Shown in pieces: positions 19,810 to 29,226 of a stretch of DNA of 64,000 nt (its first letter is position 1; the number at the start of each line of letters is the position of its first letter). Below the pieces are notes generated by a model. The model saw nothing but the letters and a program-made list of their open reading frames with translations. It searched no databases and was not told the origin of the DNA. Location of the stretch: sequence record SRR2962707_2250. The stretch is one strand, 5' to 3'. Both the position numbers and the translations under genes were made by a program.

Positions 19810-20687
19810 TACCGCTCAAATTTCTGGATCGCCTCGCCGAGCAACCCACGCGGGCGCAGCAACAAGACAAGCAGCATCAGCACATACATCGATGCCTCGG
19901 ACGCAGCAGGGATGAAATGCACAGTGACCCCACGCAAAACCCCAACCAGCAAGGCTGCAACAATGACACCCCAAAAGCTGCCAAGACCGCCGATGACCAC
20001 CACGACAAATGCGATTGTGATGATTTCCGCCCCCATGGCCGGATGGACCATCGTGATCGGAGCGAACAAAGCACCCCCAAGGGCGGCAAGCCCTACACCA
20101 AGCATGACAACAGCCGTCATATAGGGCTGAAGGCGGATGCCCAATGCGGCAACCATGTCAGGTTGTTCAATCCCCGCACGGACCACACGACCAAATGACG
20201 TGCGGTGCATCAGGAACCAAAGACCCGTAAGGATCAGGGCCACGACCAGCAACATCAAAAGGCGATATTTAGAAAACAGGAAGTCACCCAGAATGACCGA
20301 ACCTTTGACCCATTGCGGCAAAACAGCCGACAGCGGGGCAGCCCCCCAGATCATGCGGATTGCCTGTTCGGCAACCATCGCCAGACCAAACGTGATCAGA
20401 AGGCTTAAGATCGGGTCTTCACGGTAAAAACGCCGCAGGATGAAACGTTCAAACGCAATTCCCAAAATGGCGACCACGATGGGCGACATAACGACAGCCG
20501 GTCCAAACCCAACCAGATTGACCAGCGTCACCGAGAAATACGCCCCGAGGGCGTAAAAGGCGCCATGCGACAGGTTTACAATGCCACCAACACTGAAAAT
20601 CAGTGAAAGACCAAGCGCGATAAGCAAGTAGTAACCGCCTTGAACCAAGCCATTTACGACCTGCTCAAGTAAGAAAACATATTCCAT
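19809..20687 (-). CDS. livH: Liv-type ABC permease (LivH-like)
   Basis: LGLSLIF...NLSHG, GRVVRA, IGGLGS and RPRGLLG motifs. Confidence 0.88.
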   Translation of the reverse strand: MEYVFLLEQVVNGLVQGGYYLLIALGLSLIFSVGGIVNLSHGAFYALGAYFSVTLVNLVGFGPAVVMSPIVVAILGIAFERFILRRFYREDPILSLLITFGLAMVAEQAIRMIWGAAPLSAVLPQWVKGSVILGDFLFSKYRLLMLLVVALILTGLWFLMHRTSFGRVVRAGIEQPDMVAALGIRLQPYMTAVVMLGVGLAALGGALFAPITMVHPAMGAEIITIAFVVVVIGGLGSFWGVIVAALLVGVLRGVTVHFIPAASEASMYVLMLLVLLLRPRGLLGEAIQKFER

Positions 20688-20778
20688 AGGTTTTCCATGG
20701 TTGAAGGCTGCCTGCGATCGCAGGCGCATTGCGGGAAGTAGTCGATCCCGTTTCGGTGCGGGATCGACCGTATCTAAA

Positions 20779-22050
20779 TCAGGCTTTGCAGGTTGCCATG
20801 TCTGTCGACGGATAAATCATCTCAAGCGGCTGATTTGGCCCCGGCACGGCAGCACCAAGCTGCATCATGTCATGCACATCGCTATAAGAGCCTTCCGGCT
20901 TGACCGCGAACGGATATGCTTCCTGAATAAGCTGATGGTCGGCCGCACGGAAATAAGCCGGACGATCTTTGAGGATGTCGAATTTCGCACCCGATTCAAA
21001 ATAGCCAACCAGATCAGCCGTGTTCGCACCGCCAGTTTCAGTCATGGCCTGTGCCGCAATCTTAAGTGCGATATATTCGATCCATGCGTGGTTTTCCGGC
21101 GTCTTGCCATACTTGGTCTGGAAGGCTTTGACGAAGCTCTGCGAACCGGAAGTCTGTAACGTATCGTACCAAACCGTCGGCCAGGTTCCGGCAAGATTGC
21201 CGACACCAGCGGCCCATGCATCAGCCGTATTCAGGTTAAAGCCAACCGTCGGGTATGGCAGGCCGAACTCGGCATATTGTTTGACGAAGTTCGTTACCTG
21301 ATTGCCGGCAAGGTTCAAGCAGACAACATCCGGGTTTGCCTGACGGATTTTCAGGATAAAGGCACTGAAATCGGTCACGTCGGTTGCAACCAGCTCATCC
21401 CCGATCAATTCGCCGCCATTGGCGTCAAAGAAGCTTTTTGCCGCTACCAGAAGATCATGTCCAAAAACGTAGTCAGATGTGATGGTGAAGAACTTTTTAC
21501 CATCAACCATGCCGTCACGTTTCAGCGCGCTGCCAACCGCATTGACCATCACGGTGTTTGGAATGTCCGTGCAGAACATATACGGGCTGCAGCGATCCCC
21601 ACGCAGAACGTCCGAACGCGGACCAAGCGCCATGAACAGGCGTTTGTTACGTGTCGCAACTTCTGAAATGGCCAATGCCGACGCCGAACTGATTTCCCCC
21701 ATCAGGAAATCAACCTTGTCACGTTCCAGCAGGCGCTGTGCTTTAGTCGCGGCGGTTTCCGGATTAATGGAATCCTCCGAGCTGACTTCAAGCATGCGGC
21801 CATTAATGCCGCCAGCAGCATTCACTTCTTCGGCTGCCATCTGAATGCCTTCAACAGCCCACTGGCCAAGCGTTCCCAGGAAGCCAGTCATTGGTGTCAG
21901 ATGCCCGATTCGGATCGGACCTTCCTGCGCACGCAGGATTGCAGGCATACCGATTGCAGAAACAGCTGCAAGACCGACACCCATCTTCAAAGCGGAACGG
22001 CGCGATACCGTTCCCATACCCGATTTCGTCTTCGCGTCATCAGTATTCAT
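20779..22050 (-). CDS. Liv-type ABC substrate-binding protein with Tat signal
   Basis: SRRSALK twin-arginine motif, PAILRAQ, IRIG, NAAGGINGR and DYVFG; GGAGG RBS before ATG 22050. Confidence 0.88.
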   Translation of the reverse strand: MNTDDAKTKSGMGTVSRRSALKMGVGLAAVSAIGMPAILRAQEGPIRIGHLTPMTGFLGTLGQWAVEGIQMAAEEVNAAGGINGRMLEVSSEDSINPETAATKAQRLLERDKVDFLMGEISSASALAISEVATRNKRLFMALGPRSDVLRGDRCSPYMFCTDIPNTVMVNAVGSALKRDGMVDGKKFFTITSDYVFGHDLLVAAKSFFDANGGELIGDELVATDVTDFSAFILKIRQANPDVVCLNLAGNQVTNFVKQYAEFGLPYPTVGFNLNTADAWAAGVGNLAGTWPTVWYDTLQTSGSQSFVKAFQTKYGKTPENHAWIEYIALKIAAQAMTETGGANTADLVGYFESGAKFDILKDRPAYFRAADHQLIQEAYPFAVKPEGSYSDVHDMMQLGAAVPGPNQPLEMIYPSTDMATCKA

Positions 22051-22178
22051 GGTTTCCTCCCTAAAGCGGGCATCATCTTGTTTGTCGTCAATACGCATCC
22101 TGCGATTGACAAATCTTTCGCCCATGTAAATTCTTAGTCCTTGAGAGGACCCGGGAAAAATACCGATTAGTGAACCCT

Positions 22179-22197
22179 GTATAAGCTAGCCTTATAC
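22179..22197. promoter_or_regulatory. LysR-type binding box
   Basis: GTATAAG-N5-CTTATAC (ATAA-N7-TTAT, fits T-N11-A) in the divergent intergenic region. Confidence 0.6.
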
Positions 22198-22221
22198 CCA
22201 CCCGCCCGGTCATGGATTCAG

Positions 22222-23214
22222 ATGGACATTCGTCAGCTCCGATATTTCGTAAAAATCGTAGAAACAGGAAGTTTATCAAAGGCTTCTAAGCAGTTATTTG
22301 TTGCTCAACCTGCGCTTAGCCAACAGATTTCCAAGCTGGAAGAATATGTCGGAAGACCGCTTCTGATCCGCTCATCCAAGGGCGTAAAACCCAATCAGAA
22401 CGGTCAGGCGCTGTATCATCATGCCCGATTGGTGCTCCGCCAGTTCGAACAGGCAATCTCAATTGCCAAGGCAGAAAACGAAACCGTGCAGGGAATGGTG
22501 TCCATCGGGCTTCCTGCAACGACGGTTGCCGCCCTTGGTCTTGATCTTATCAAGCGGCTGCGCGAACGCTATCCCGGCATTTTGATCAATGTCGTCGAAG
22601 CCATGAGCGGCCATATCGATCAATTGATCCACCAAAACCAGCTTGATCTGGCTGTTCTGTTTAACGACGAACATGACGATGAACTGGTGATCGAACCGTT
22701 GATGGTCGAAGAACTGTTTCTGTTTTTATCCGAAGACAGCAAGCTGTTACCGCCAGAACAGACAACGGTCACCGTTGCCGAAGCCGCCGCACTGCCGCTT
22801 ATTGTTCCAACCAGCAGCCACGGTCTGCGTCGCCGGATTGAAACCGAGTTTTCAAAATACGGGCTTGGAATGAATGTGGTTGCCGAAATTGATTCACTGG
22901 CACTTTTGATGAACTGCGTGCATCAGGATATCGCAGCAACCATCAAACCACGTGGTGCGATCATGCAGGAAGCTGACGGCGGGCGAAAATGGCGCTGTCT
23001 TGCCTTTTCCGATGCCCATCTACGCCGAAGCAATTTCCTGTATTCGCTGCCACCGGAATCGATGACGCCCGCGACAAACATTGTCGCAGCCGAGCTAAAA
23101 GGCGCCGTTCAGGATTTGATCGACAACCCGGCCATCAAAGGGTTTGAGCAATTCCCAACTCAGGGAAACCCCACCTCGACTAACAACGGCAAGACCAAGC
23201 TTACCGCCATTTAA
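22222..23214 (+). CDS. LysR-family regulator (Nac/TcuR-like)
   Basis: MDIRQLRYF...GSLSKAS...QPALSQQI HTH and LysR substrate domain. Confidence 0.9.
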   Translation: MDIRQLRYFVKIVETGSLSKASKQLFVAQPALSQQISKLEEYVGRPLLIRSSKGVKPNQNGQALYHHARLVLRQFEQAISIAKAENETVQGMVSIGLPATTVAALGLDLIKRLRERYPGILINVVEAMSGHIDQLIHQNQLDLAVLFNDEHDDELVIEPLMVEELFLFLSEDSKLLPPEQTTVTVAEAAALPLIVPTSSHGLRRRIETEFSKYGLGMNVVAEIDSLALLMNCVHQDIAATIKPRGAIMQEADGGRKWRCLAFSDAHLRRSNFLYSLPPESMTPATNIVAAELKGAVQDLIDNPAIKGFEQFPTQGNPTSTNNGKTKLTAI

Positions 23215-23244
23215 TTGATTTCAGGATCGCTCAAAGCTGAAAAA

Positions 23245-24057
23245 TCAGGAAGAAGCACCAAGTGCTTTGGACAAGGCCAAAGCCGCTTCTTTCAATTCCT
23301 CGGTGCGTTTGATGACAACCTCGTCATTCATACGCCAAACCGGGCCCGACACCCCCATTGCCGCAACACACCGCCCGGCAAAATCATAAACCGGCACCGC
23401 AATACAGCGTACATCCGGGTCCAGTTCGCATCGATCATGCGCGACATCGGTTTTGCTTATATCGGTCAATTCACGGCGCAGTTTTGCCTTGGTGGTGATG
23501 GTGTTTTCGGTGAAAGCCCGCAAATCCATATCCGCCAAAAGAAATTCGAGTTCCGCATCATTGCATTTACTCAGCAACAACTTGCCGATTGCCGTCGCAT
23601 GCGCGGGCCGGACCGCCCCGGTACGTTCGGACATTTGCAACATGCCCTTGGCCGCCATACGGGCCACCAGAACGATTTCGGCATTTGAACGCACGGCAAG
23701 ATGGGTCGCTTCGCCGGTCGTATCGCTTAGTGCCGAAAGAACGGGCGTGCCTTCAAGCAGCAAGGCATTTTCGTTCATTGCGCCGGCAGCAAGCATAAAG
23801 ATCTTGCTGCCGACGAGATAGCGTTTGCTATCGTCTTTTTTGGTCAGGAACCCAATGTTTTCAAGGGTACGGATCAGGTGAAAGGCCGTACTGTTATGTA
23901 AGCCCGACTGTTCACTCAACTCCGTCAAAGGAATGCCGTTTGGCCCGGCTGATGCCACCAGATCAAGCAGCATCGAGGCACGTTCAAGTGACTGGATGCC
24001 GCCCTTTTCCGCGGGCTTATCGTCGGTTTTCTTTTTGGTCTTGGTTGCCAACGCCAT
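23245..24057 (-). CDS. IclR-family regulator
   Basis: IQSLERA, STAFHLIRTL HTH, HATAIGK and RCIAVPV motifs. Confidence 0.93.
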   Translation of the reverse strand: MALATKTKKKTDDKPAEKGGIQSLERASMLLDLVASAGPNGIPLTELSEQSGLHNSTAFHLIRTLENIGFLTKKDDSKRYLVGSKIFMLAAGAMNENALLLEGTPVLSALSDTTGEATHLAVRSNAEIVLVARMAAKGMLQMSERTGAVRPAHATAIGKLLLSKCNDAELEFLLADMDLRAFTENTITTKAKLRRELTDISKTDVAHDRCELDPDVRCIAVPVYDFAGRCVAAMGVSGPVWRMNDEVVIKRTEELKEAALALSKALGASS

Positions 24058-24077
24058 TCTTGATCCACCTTGATGGG

Positions 24078-24446
24078 TTATTCGTCTGTAACAGGTGTTG
24101 TTACCACGATGAATGTCAAATCGCCTAGACCACTATTGACGATGGAATGCCAGGTTCCCGGCGCAATGAAAATCACGTCATTCTTCCGAACAACACGCTT
24201 TTCATCATCAATCTCCATCAGGCCTTCGCCGTCAAGAACGTGATAAACCTGTTCCTGAACCTTATGAACATGGCGTTCGACATAGCCCATTGGCTGATAG
24301 GTCGATATCCGATAATCAAGTTGTTGCGACCCGGTGGTTGCTGGCGCCACCAATGCCTTGGACAGTGCCGACCCGAAATGGCCCGGGAACTGTTGCCACG
24401 GTTCTTCGGCGATATTGCGAATGCAGGTTTTGCGTTCTTTGGTCAT
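24078..24446 (-). CDS. Cupin_2 domain protein
   Basis: HVHKVQEQVYHVLDGEG and APGTWHSIVN metal-binding motifs; GGAGG RBS before ATG 24446. Confidence 0.88.
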   Translation of the reverse strand: MTKERKTCIRNIAEEPWQQFPGHFGSALSKALVAPATTGSQQLDYRISTYQPMGYVERHVHKVQEQVYHVLDGEGLMEIDDEKRVVRKNDVIFIAPGTWHSIVNSGLGDLTFIVVTTPVTDE

Positions 24447-24471
24447 GATATCCTCCCGATATAATTTTACG

Positions 24472-26250
24472 TTATGGCTTCCACGGCGTTCCGAAAACCG
24501 GTTCTTTTGGCGCCAGCGGCGGCAATTCCCAAGACCCCGTTGCTGGCGGACGAATGTCGGCATCAACATGAACATCAATCAGGGCAGGCTTATTCAGCTT
24601 AACGGCCTCTTCAAGGGTGGCGGCAAAGTCCTGTGAACGCGTCACGGTAAAGCCGGCAACACCCGATGCCCGCGCCCATGCGGCAAAATCAGGGTTGTAA
24701 GGTTTCTGATTTTCGCCCTGATAGAACGCTGTGCCATATTCACGACCGTCGAAATATGCGTATTGCAGGTCGCGGATCGCCCCCCAGGCAAAGTTGTTCC
24801 AGACAACCCAAACCACCGGAATATTGTATTCCACCGCCGTACAAAGAACATGCGGCACCATGGTAAATCCACCATCCCCACAAACCGAAACGCAGACCTT
24901 ATCGGGTGCGGCCAGTTTCGCCCCCATGATCGCACTTGGGCCAAAGCCCATCCCGGAATAGCCCCAAGTATTGAGCATGGTTTGCGGTTTACGCGCTTCC
25001 CAAAACTGCATGAACCAATTGTGGTGGATGCCGCTATCAAGCGAAATGATCGCATCGTCTGGAAGGACTTTCCGACAATCTTCCACAATGCGTTCTGGAC
25101 GGATCGGGGATGAATGGGTGGTAAAGCCGGGTGCAACATACGCATCCCATTCCTTTTTCCATCCGGCAATGTCGGCATGCCAGCCCGTCAAACGCGGATC
25201 ACTGCCAACGTCGCGACGATCAAGTTCAGCAAGAACCTGTGTCAGGAAGGCACGCGCATCCGCCAAGATTGCCATATCAGGCAAATAGTTTCGGCCAATT
25301 TCAGCGTGATCCACATCAACATGGATCAGTTTGGTTTTCGGGAAATTCCATGAATATCCTTCCCGCCAGGATGACGCCGAACGATCATCGAACCGCACAC
25401 CAATTGCCAAAACCACATCAGAATGGCGGCCTGCCTGATTGGCCTGATAAGCGCCGTTACGACCGATAAAGCCCAACGACAACGGATCGGACATATTCAT
25501 GCAGCCCATGCCGTTTGGCGAACTGATCACGGGAATGTTCAGGCGTTTTGCCAAGGCGGTCAGTTCTTTGGACGCCTCGGACAAAGTCACACCATGACCG
25601 ATGAAAATCACCGGACGTTTTGCCGCCAACAGGGTGTCGACAATGGTTGTAACATCTTCGTTGCTTGCACCACTGCGGCGTTTGCCGAAGCTTGAACCGG
25701 CGACTTCCTCGGTAACGTCAGCTTCTTCCTGAAAAAGGTTATAGGGAATATCAAGATTAACCGGCCCCGGACGCCCGGTTGTCATCGTCATCGCAGCTTG
25801 GCGCATGGCAAGTGGCAACATCTCGACCCGGCTCGGCTGGAAGCTGCGCTTTACAACCGGCTTGATGACGTTATTGAAATCAGCCTGATGATGCAGGTTG
25901 AGTTCCTGAAACGGGCCACGGTTAAATTGCGAGGTCGGGACATTCGCCGTGATCGAATAGATCGCAGAACTATCGGTCTGGGCGACCGCAAGTGCCATGA
26001 TCTGGTTGGCCGATCCCGGTCCGGTCGAGGTCAGCGTTGCTGCCGGTTTATGGGATACCCGGAAATAACCATCGGCCATGTGGACCGCTGTTTGTTCGTG
26101 GCGCGGCGACACCAGTCGAACCTCGTCACGCACATCATACAGACAATCAAGCAAACCGATATTGCCATGTCCACAAATGCCAAAGACATGATCAATGCCT
26201 TCTTTGACCAATGATTCAGCGATGATATCGCCACCCTTTTTCGTCACCAT
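24472..26250 (-). CDS. ThDP-dependent enzyme (acetolactate-synthase superfamily, GHGN-type N-terminus)
   Basis: FGICGHGN, RHEQ, GRPGPV and GDGG...NN ThDP-binding motif. Confidence 0.9.
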   Translation of the reverse strand: MVTKKGGDIIAESLVKEGIDHVFGICGHGNIGLLDCLYDVRDEVRLVSPRHEQTAVHMADGYFRVSHKPAATLTSTGPGSANQIMALAVAQTDSSAIYSITANVPTSQFNRGPFQELNLHHQADFNNVIKPVVKRSFQPSRVEMLPLAMRQAAMTMTTGRPGPVNLDIPYNLFQEEADVTEEVAGSSFGKRRSGASNEDVTTIVDTLLAAKRPVIFIGHGVTLSEASKELTALAKRLNIPVISSPNGMGCMNMSDPLSLGFIGRNGAYQANQAGRHSDVVLAIGVRFDDRSASSWREGYSWNFPKTKLIHVDVDHAEIGRNYLPDMAILADARAFLTQVLAELDRRDVGSDPRLTGWHADIAGWKKEWDAYVAPGFTTHSSPIRPERIVEDCRKVLPDDAIISLDSGIHHNWFMQFWEARKPQTMLNTWGYSGMGFGPSAIMGAKLAAPDKVCVSVCGDGGFTMVPHVLCTAVEYNIPVVWVVWNNFAWGAIRDLQYAYFDGREYGTAFYQGENQKPYNPDFAAWARASGVAGFTVTRSQDFAATLEEAVKLNKPALIDVHVDADIRPPATGSWELPPLAPKEPVFGTPWKP

Positions 26251-26312
26251 TGTATTTAAGCCTTCTGAGTTTTGATCTTTTTCTGATCTTTGAGTATCGA
26301 ACTAACTTGTCG

Positions 26313-28016
26313 TCAAATTTCGCTGCCCGCAGCATGCTGTCCGGCGATCCAGCCAAATGTCATGGCTGGTCCCAATTGCGCCCCCGCCCCCGGGTATTCC
26401 CCGCCAAAGGGCGACTGCATGTCATTGCCACAGACATAAAGCCCCTCAATCGGGCGGCTTTGTTGATCAAGCACGCGCGCATGGATATCCGCCCGCAACC
26501 CCCGACTGGTGCCAAGAGGAGTGGGATAGAGTTTGACCGCGTAGAACGGGCCATTCTCAATTGGACCCAAACATGGATTTGGTCGATGATCCGCATCGCC
26601 ATTTCCCCGGTCATAGATGGTTTCCCCACGATGGAAGTCGTCATCCCGGCCCCGTCTGGCAAAGCCGTTAAACCGACGCACCGTTTCATCAAGACGGGTT
26701 GATGAAATGCCAAGTTTTTCGGCAAGAGCAAGAATGGTCGGTGCTTTGATCAGATAGCCAGAACGGACATATTTCCCCAGAAATGGCGTGCGTGGTCGCA
26801 CAAGGCCCAGCCCATATTTTGCAATGAATGCCCGGGTGCAAATCATCCATGCCGGAATGGCGACGTCGCTGTTATTGGCGCGATACATCCCGCGGACAAA
26901 TTCGTGATAGGACACCGCTTCATTCACAAATCGCTGACCCGACTGATTAACAATCAGACTTCCCGGCTTGGCACGATCAAGTACGATATGCGGATAGACC
27001 GCCGTTGAACCATCGGATCGTTTCATGACCGAACTTGGAAACCAAAGGGCATTATCATCACCCGAACGTCCAAGAACACCACCGACATCCAGACCAAGCT
27101 CAATCGACTTTCCGACACAGCCCGGTGCCGCCGGGCTAAATTCCGCAACTGGCTGGGGCAGTTCACGGGCCCGCCATATCTCGCTGCTGGGAAATCCGCC
27201 GCCGGCAAGAACAACCCCCTTCGTCGCGAGGATGACCGATCCGGGTCCAACAAGCTTAACGCCTGTGATTTTGCCGTCATCGCGCACAAGTCGGGTTACT
27301 GAAACATTGCAAAAAACCAAAACACCATTCTTCGACACAGCGTCTAAAAGCCGGGCGACAAGCGCATTCCCCATGACAAGGCGTGTGCCGCGTTTCCAGA
27401 ACAGCCGATCCCGGAGATACCGTGTCAGTAATTTAATTCCAAGCCACGCCCCTGAAAGTGACCGATCCGCTTTCAAAAGCTGGGCCGCTTCGCCGCGCGT
27501 GATCATCATTTTGCCAAACAGCATCAATTCAGGGATCGGCCATGCCAACCGATCAAACAACGGGCCGAGTTTCCGGCCATCAAACGCAACAGGCTCAAGG
27601 GCACGCCATCCCGGTGCCGCACCGTCAATATCTTGTCGGTAATCGGCTGCAGCCTTGAACGGGCGAAAGGTAATCCCGGCACGGTCCGCAAGGTTTGCTT
27701 GCATGACCGGCGCAACATCCAAAAAACGCTGCCAAAGGTTACGCGGCGCACGACCTCCGACCAGTGTTTCGATATAGCGATGCGCGGCCGATTGGTCCTC
27801 CATGCCAGCTTCTCGCATAAAGCTGTTGTTCGGCACCCAGACTGTCCCGGATGAAAACGCACTTGTGCCTCCAATCTTTTGGCTGTGCTCAAGCACGACA
27901 CAGCGCAATCCAGATAACGAGGCACTCAGTGCTGCCGTCAGTCCCGCGACACCGCTTCCCAGAATAATCAGGTCTGTTTCTTGAGGTAATTCCTGTTCTG
28001 GATCTGACTTTGGCAC
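26313..28016 (-). CDS. FAD-dependent oxidoreductase (FAD_binding_2; 3-ketosteroid-dehydrogenase-like)
   Basis: GSGVAG, GGTSAFSSG, RFVNEA, GLYVCGND and YPGAGAQLG motifs; GTG or TTG start. Confidence 0.88.
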   Translation of the reverse strand: MPKSDPEQELPQETDLIILGSGVAGLTAALSASLSGLRCVVLEHSQKIGGTSAFSSGTVWVPNNSFMREAGMEDQSAAHRYIETLVGGRAPRNLWQRFLDVAPVMQANLADRAGITFRPFKAAADYRQDIDGAAPGWRALEPVAFDGRKLGPLFDRLAWPIPELMLFGKMMITRGEAAQLLKADRSLSGAWLGIKLLTRYLRDRLFWKRGTRLVMGNALVARLLDAVSKNGVLVFCNVSVTRLVRDDGKITGVKLVGPGSVILATKGVVLAGGGFPSSEIWRARELPQPVAEFSPAAPGCVGKSIELGLDVGGVLGRSGDDNALWFPSSVMKRSDGSTAVYPHIVLDRAKPGSLIVNQSGQRFVNEAVSYHEFVRGMYRANNSDVAIPAWMICTRAFIAKYGLGLVRPRTPFLGKYVRSGYLIKAPTILALAEKLGISSTRLDETVRRFNGFARRGRDDDFHRGETIYDRGNGDADHRPNPCLGPIENGPFYAVKLYPTPLGTSRGLRADIHARVLDQQSRPIEGLYVCGNDMQSPFGGEYPGAGAQLGPAMTFGWIAGQHAAGSEI

Positions 28017-28042
28017 CAAAACCTCCCAAACTTATTTTTGTT

Positions 28043-28070
28043 ATTATGAAATCAATTTTCATAATGTCAA
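28043..28070 (-). promoter_or_regulatory. Sigma70-like promoter with overlapping palindromic operator (probably for the IclR regulator)
   Basis: Minus strand TTGACA-N16-CATAAT; perfect IR ATTATGAAA-N5-TTTCATAAT at 28043-28065. Confidence 0.65.
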
Positions 28071-28095
28071 ATTATAAGCGTAACTTTTGTAACTG

Positions 28096-29226
28096 TCAGG
28101 CCGCGTTCTTATCGACATCCACGCCAACCAGTGCCTTGTGATCGTTCTTTTCGACCGCAAACACCATCAATGCGACCAGACGGTAGAACCCGTGAATGAA
28201 CTTGCCATAAGGCATTGACAGGAAAAGGGTCATGACCACACCAAGATGCAGACTAAGGACAACACCAACCAAGACGGTTTCCTTGACCAACATCAACCCA
28301 AGACCTGTGATGCTGGTCATCAACAGCAAGAACAGGAAGCTGACATCCATACCCTTATTTGATTTTCCCTTAGGTGCTGAATCAGCCTTGGCTTTGAGAT
28401 GAAGCAAGCCGATCGGGCCGACAATCAAACCAATACCACCCGAAATCCCGAACAGTTTGGGCAGGCTGAGATATCCATAGGGTGCAGGCAGATCGAAGCC
28501 ATAATGCATGATCGTACCCGACGAGGTCGCAGCAAAGCACAGCATAAAGCCCCAGAAGGTCATCTGGTGATACCACCGCCGCGCCATGGACGGGGTTTCG
28601 TCAGGATAGGAACATCCCTGTCTATTGCCGCCGTCAAGATATTTCAGGGTCAAGGCATCCTTCATCCCCTGAAACACACGCGGACAATCAAGTTTAAGCG
28701 GGCTCGGCAGTCGCATTGTGCGCCAGAACTTCGTCACCGACGCCGTCAGAGCGATCAAAACGAATAACCCGACAGCACCAAACGTCCCCGCCAGAACATT
28801 GTGTGAAATCACGCCATAAAACCCATTGTCATGCTGGGCAAAGAAATCTGCCCCAGACAGGATTGCGGTTCCGGCAATGAAAAGGGTGATGACAACAATC
28901 GACAGAATGCTGACCCAAAGGCCGTTATTGGCGAACAGCTTGCCCATGAAGCCGGGCCATGCATAAACGCCATAGTTTTCCTGACGCAATTCAGCCATCG
29001 CGGCCGGAACATTAAGCGCAAATTCATGTGGCGGGGCATACTGACAATTGTGGTAACAGGCCCCGCAATTGTGACAAAGGTTCGAAAGATAATCGACGGT
29101 GTCGGAATTGAATTCCAACCGGAATTCCATTGCCTGAAAGACCGCGCAATGACCTTCGCAATAACGACAGGCATTGCAGATCGACATAACCCTTGCGGCT
29201 TCTTGTGTTTTATCGGTTGAGCGCAT
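28096..29226 (-). CDS. tcuB: Tricarballylate utilisation 4Fe-4S membrane protein
   Basis: CNACRYCEGHCAVF, CHNCGACYHNCQYAPPHEF and PYGKFIH motifs. Confidence 0.92.
   Translation of the reverse strand: MRSTDKTQEAARVMSICNACRYCEGHCAVFQAMEFRLEFNSDTVDYLSNLCHNCGACYHNCQYAPPHEFALNVPAAMAELRQENYGVYAWPGFMGKLFANNGLWVSILSIVVITLFIAGTAILSGADFFAQHDNGFYGVISHNVLAGTFGAVGLFVLIALTASVTKFWRTMRLPSPLKLDCPRVFQGMKDALTLKYLDGGNRQGCSYPDETPSMARRWYHQMTFWGFMLCFAATSSGTIMHYGFDLPAPYGYLSLPKLFGISGGIGLIVGPIGLLHLKAKADSAPKGKSNKGMDVSFLFLLLMTSITGLGLMLVKETVLVGVVLSLHLGVVMTLFLSMPYGKFIHGFYRLVALMVFAVEKNDHKALVGVDVDKNAA

Noticed and set aside
20710-20768. Hairpins after SBP genes (also about 12570-12610 and 35476-35505) as a REP or MITE family
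   Set aside because: They are unrelated in sequence and better explained as ordinary mRNA-stabilising or attenuating stems after SBP cistrons.
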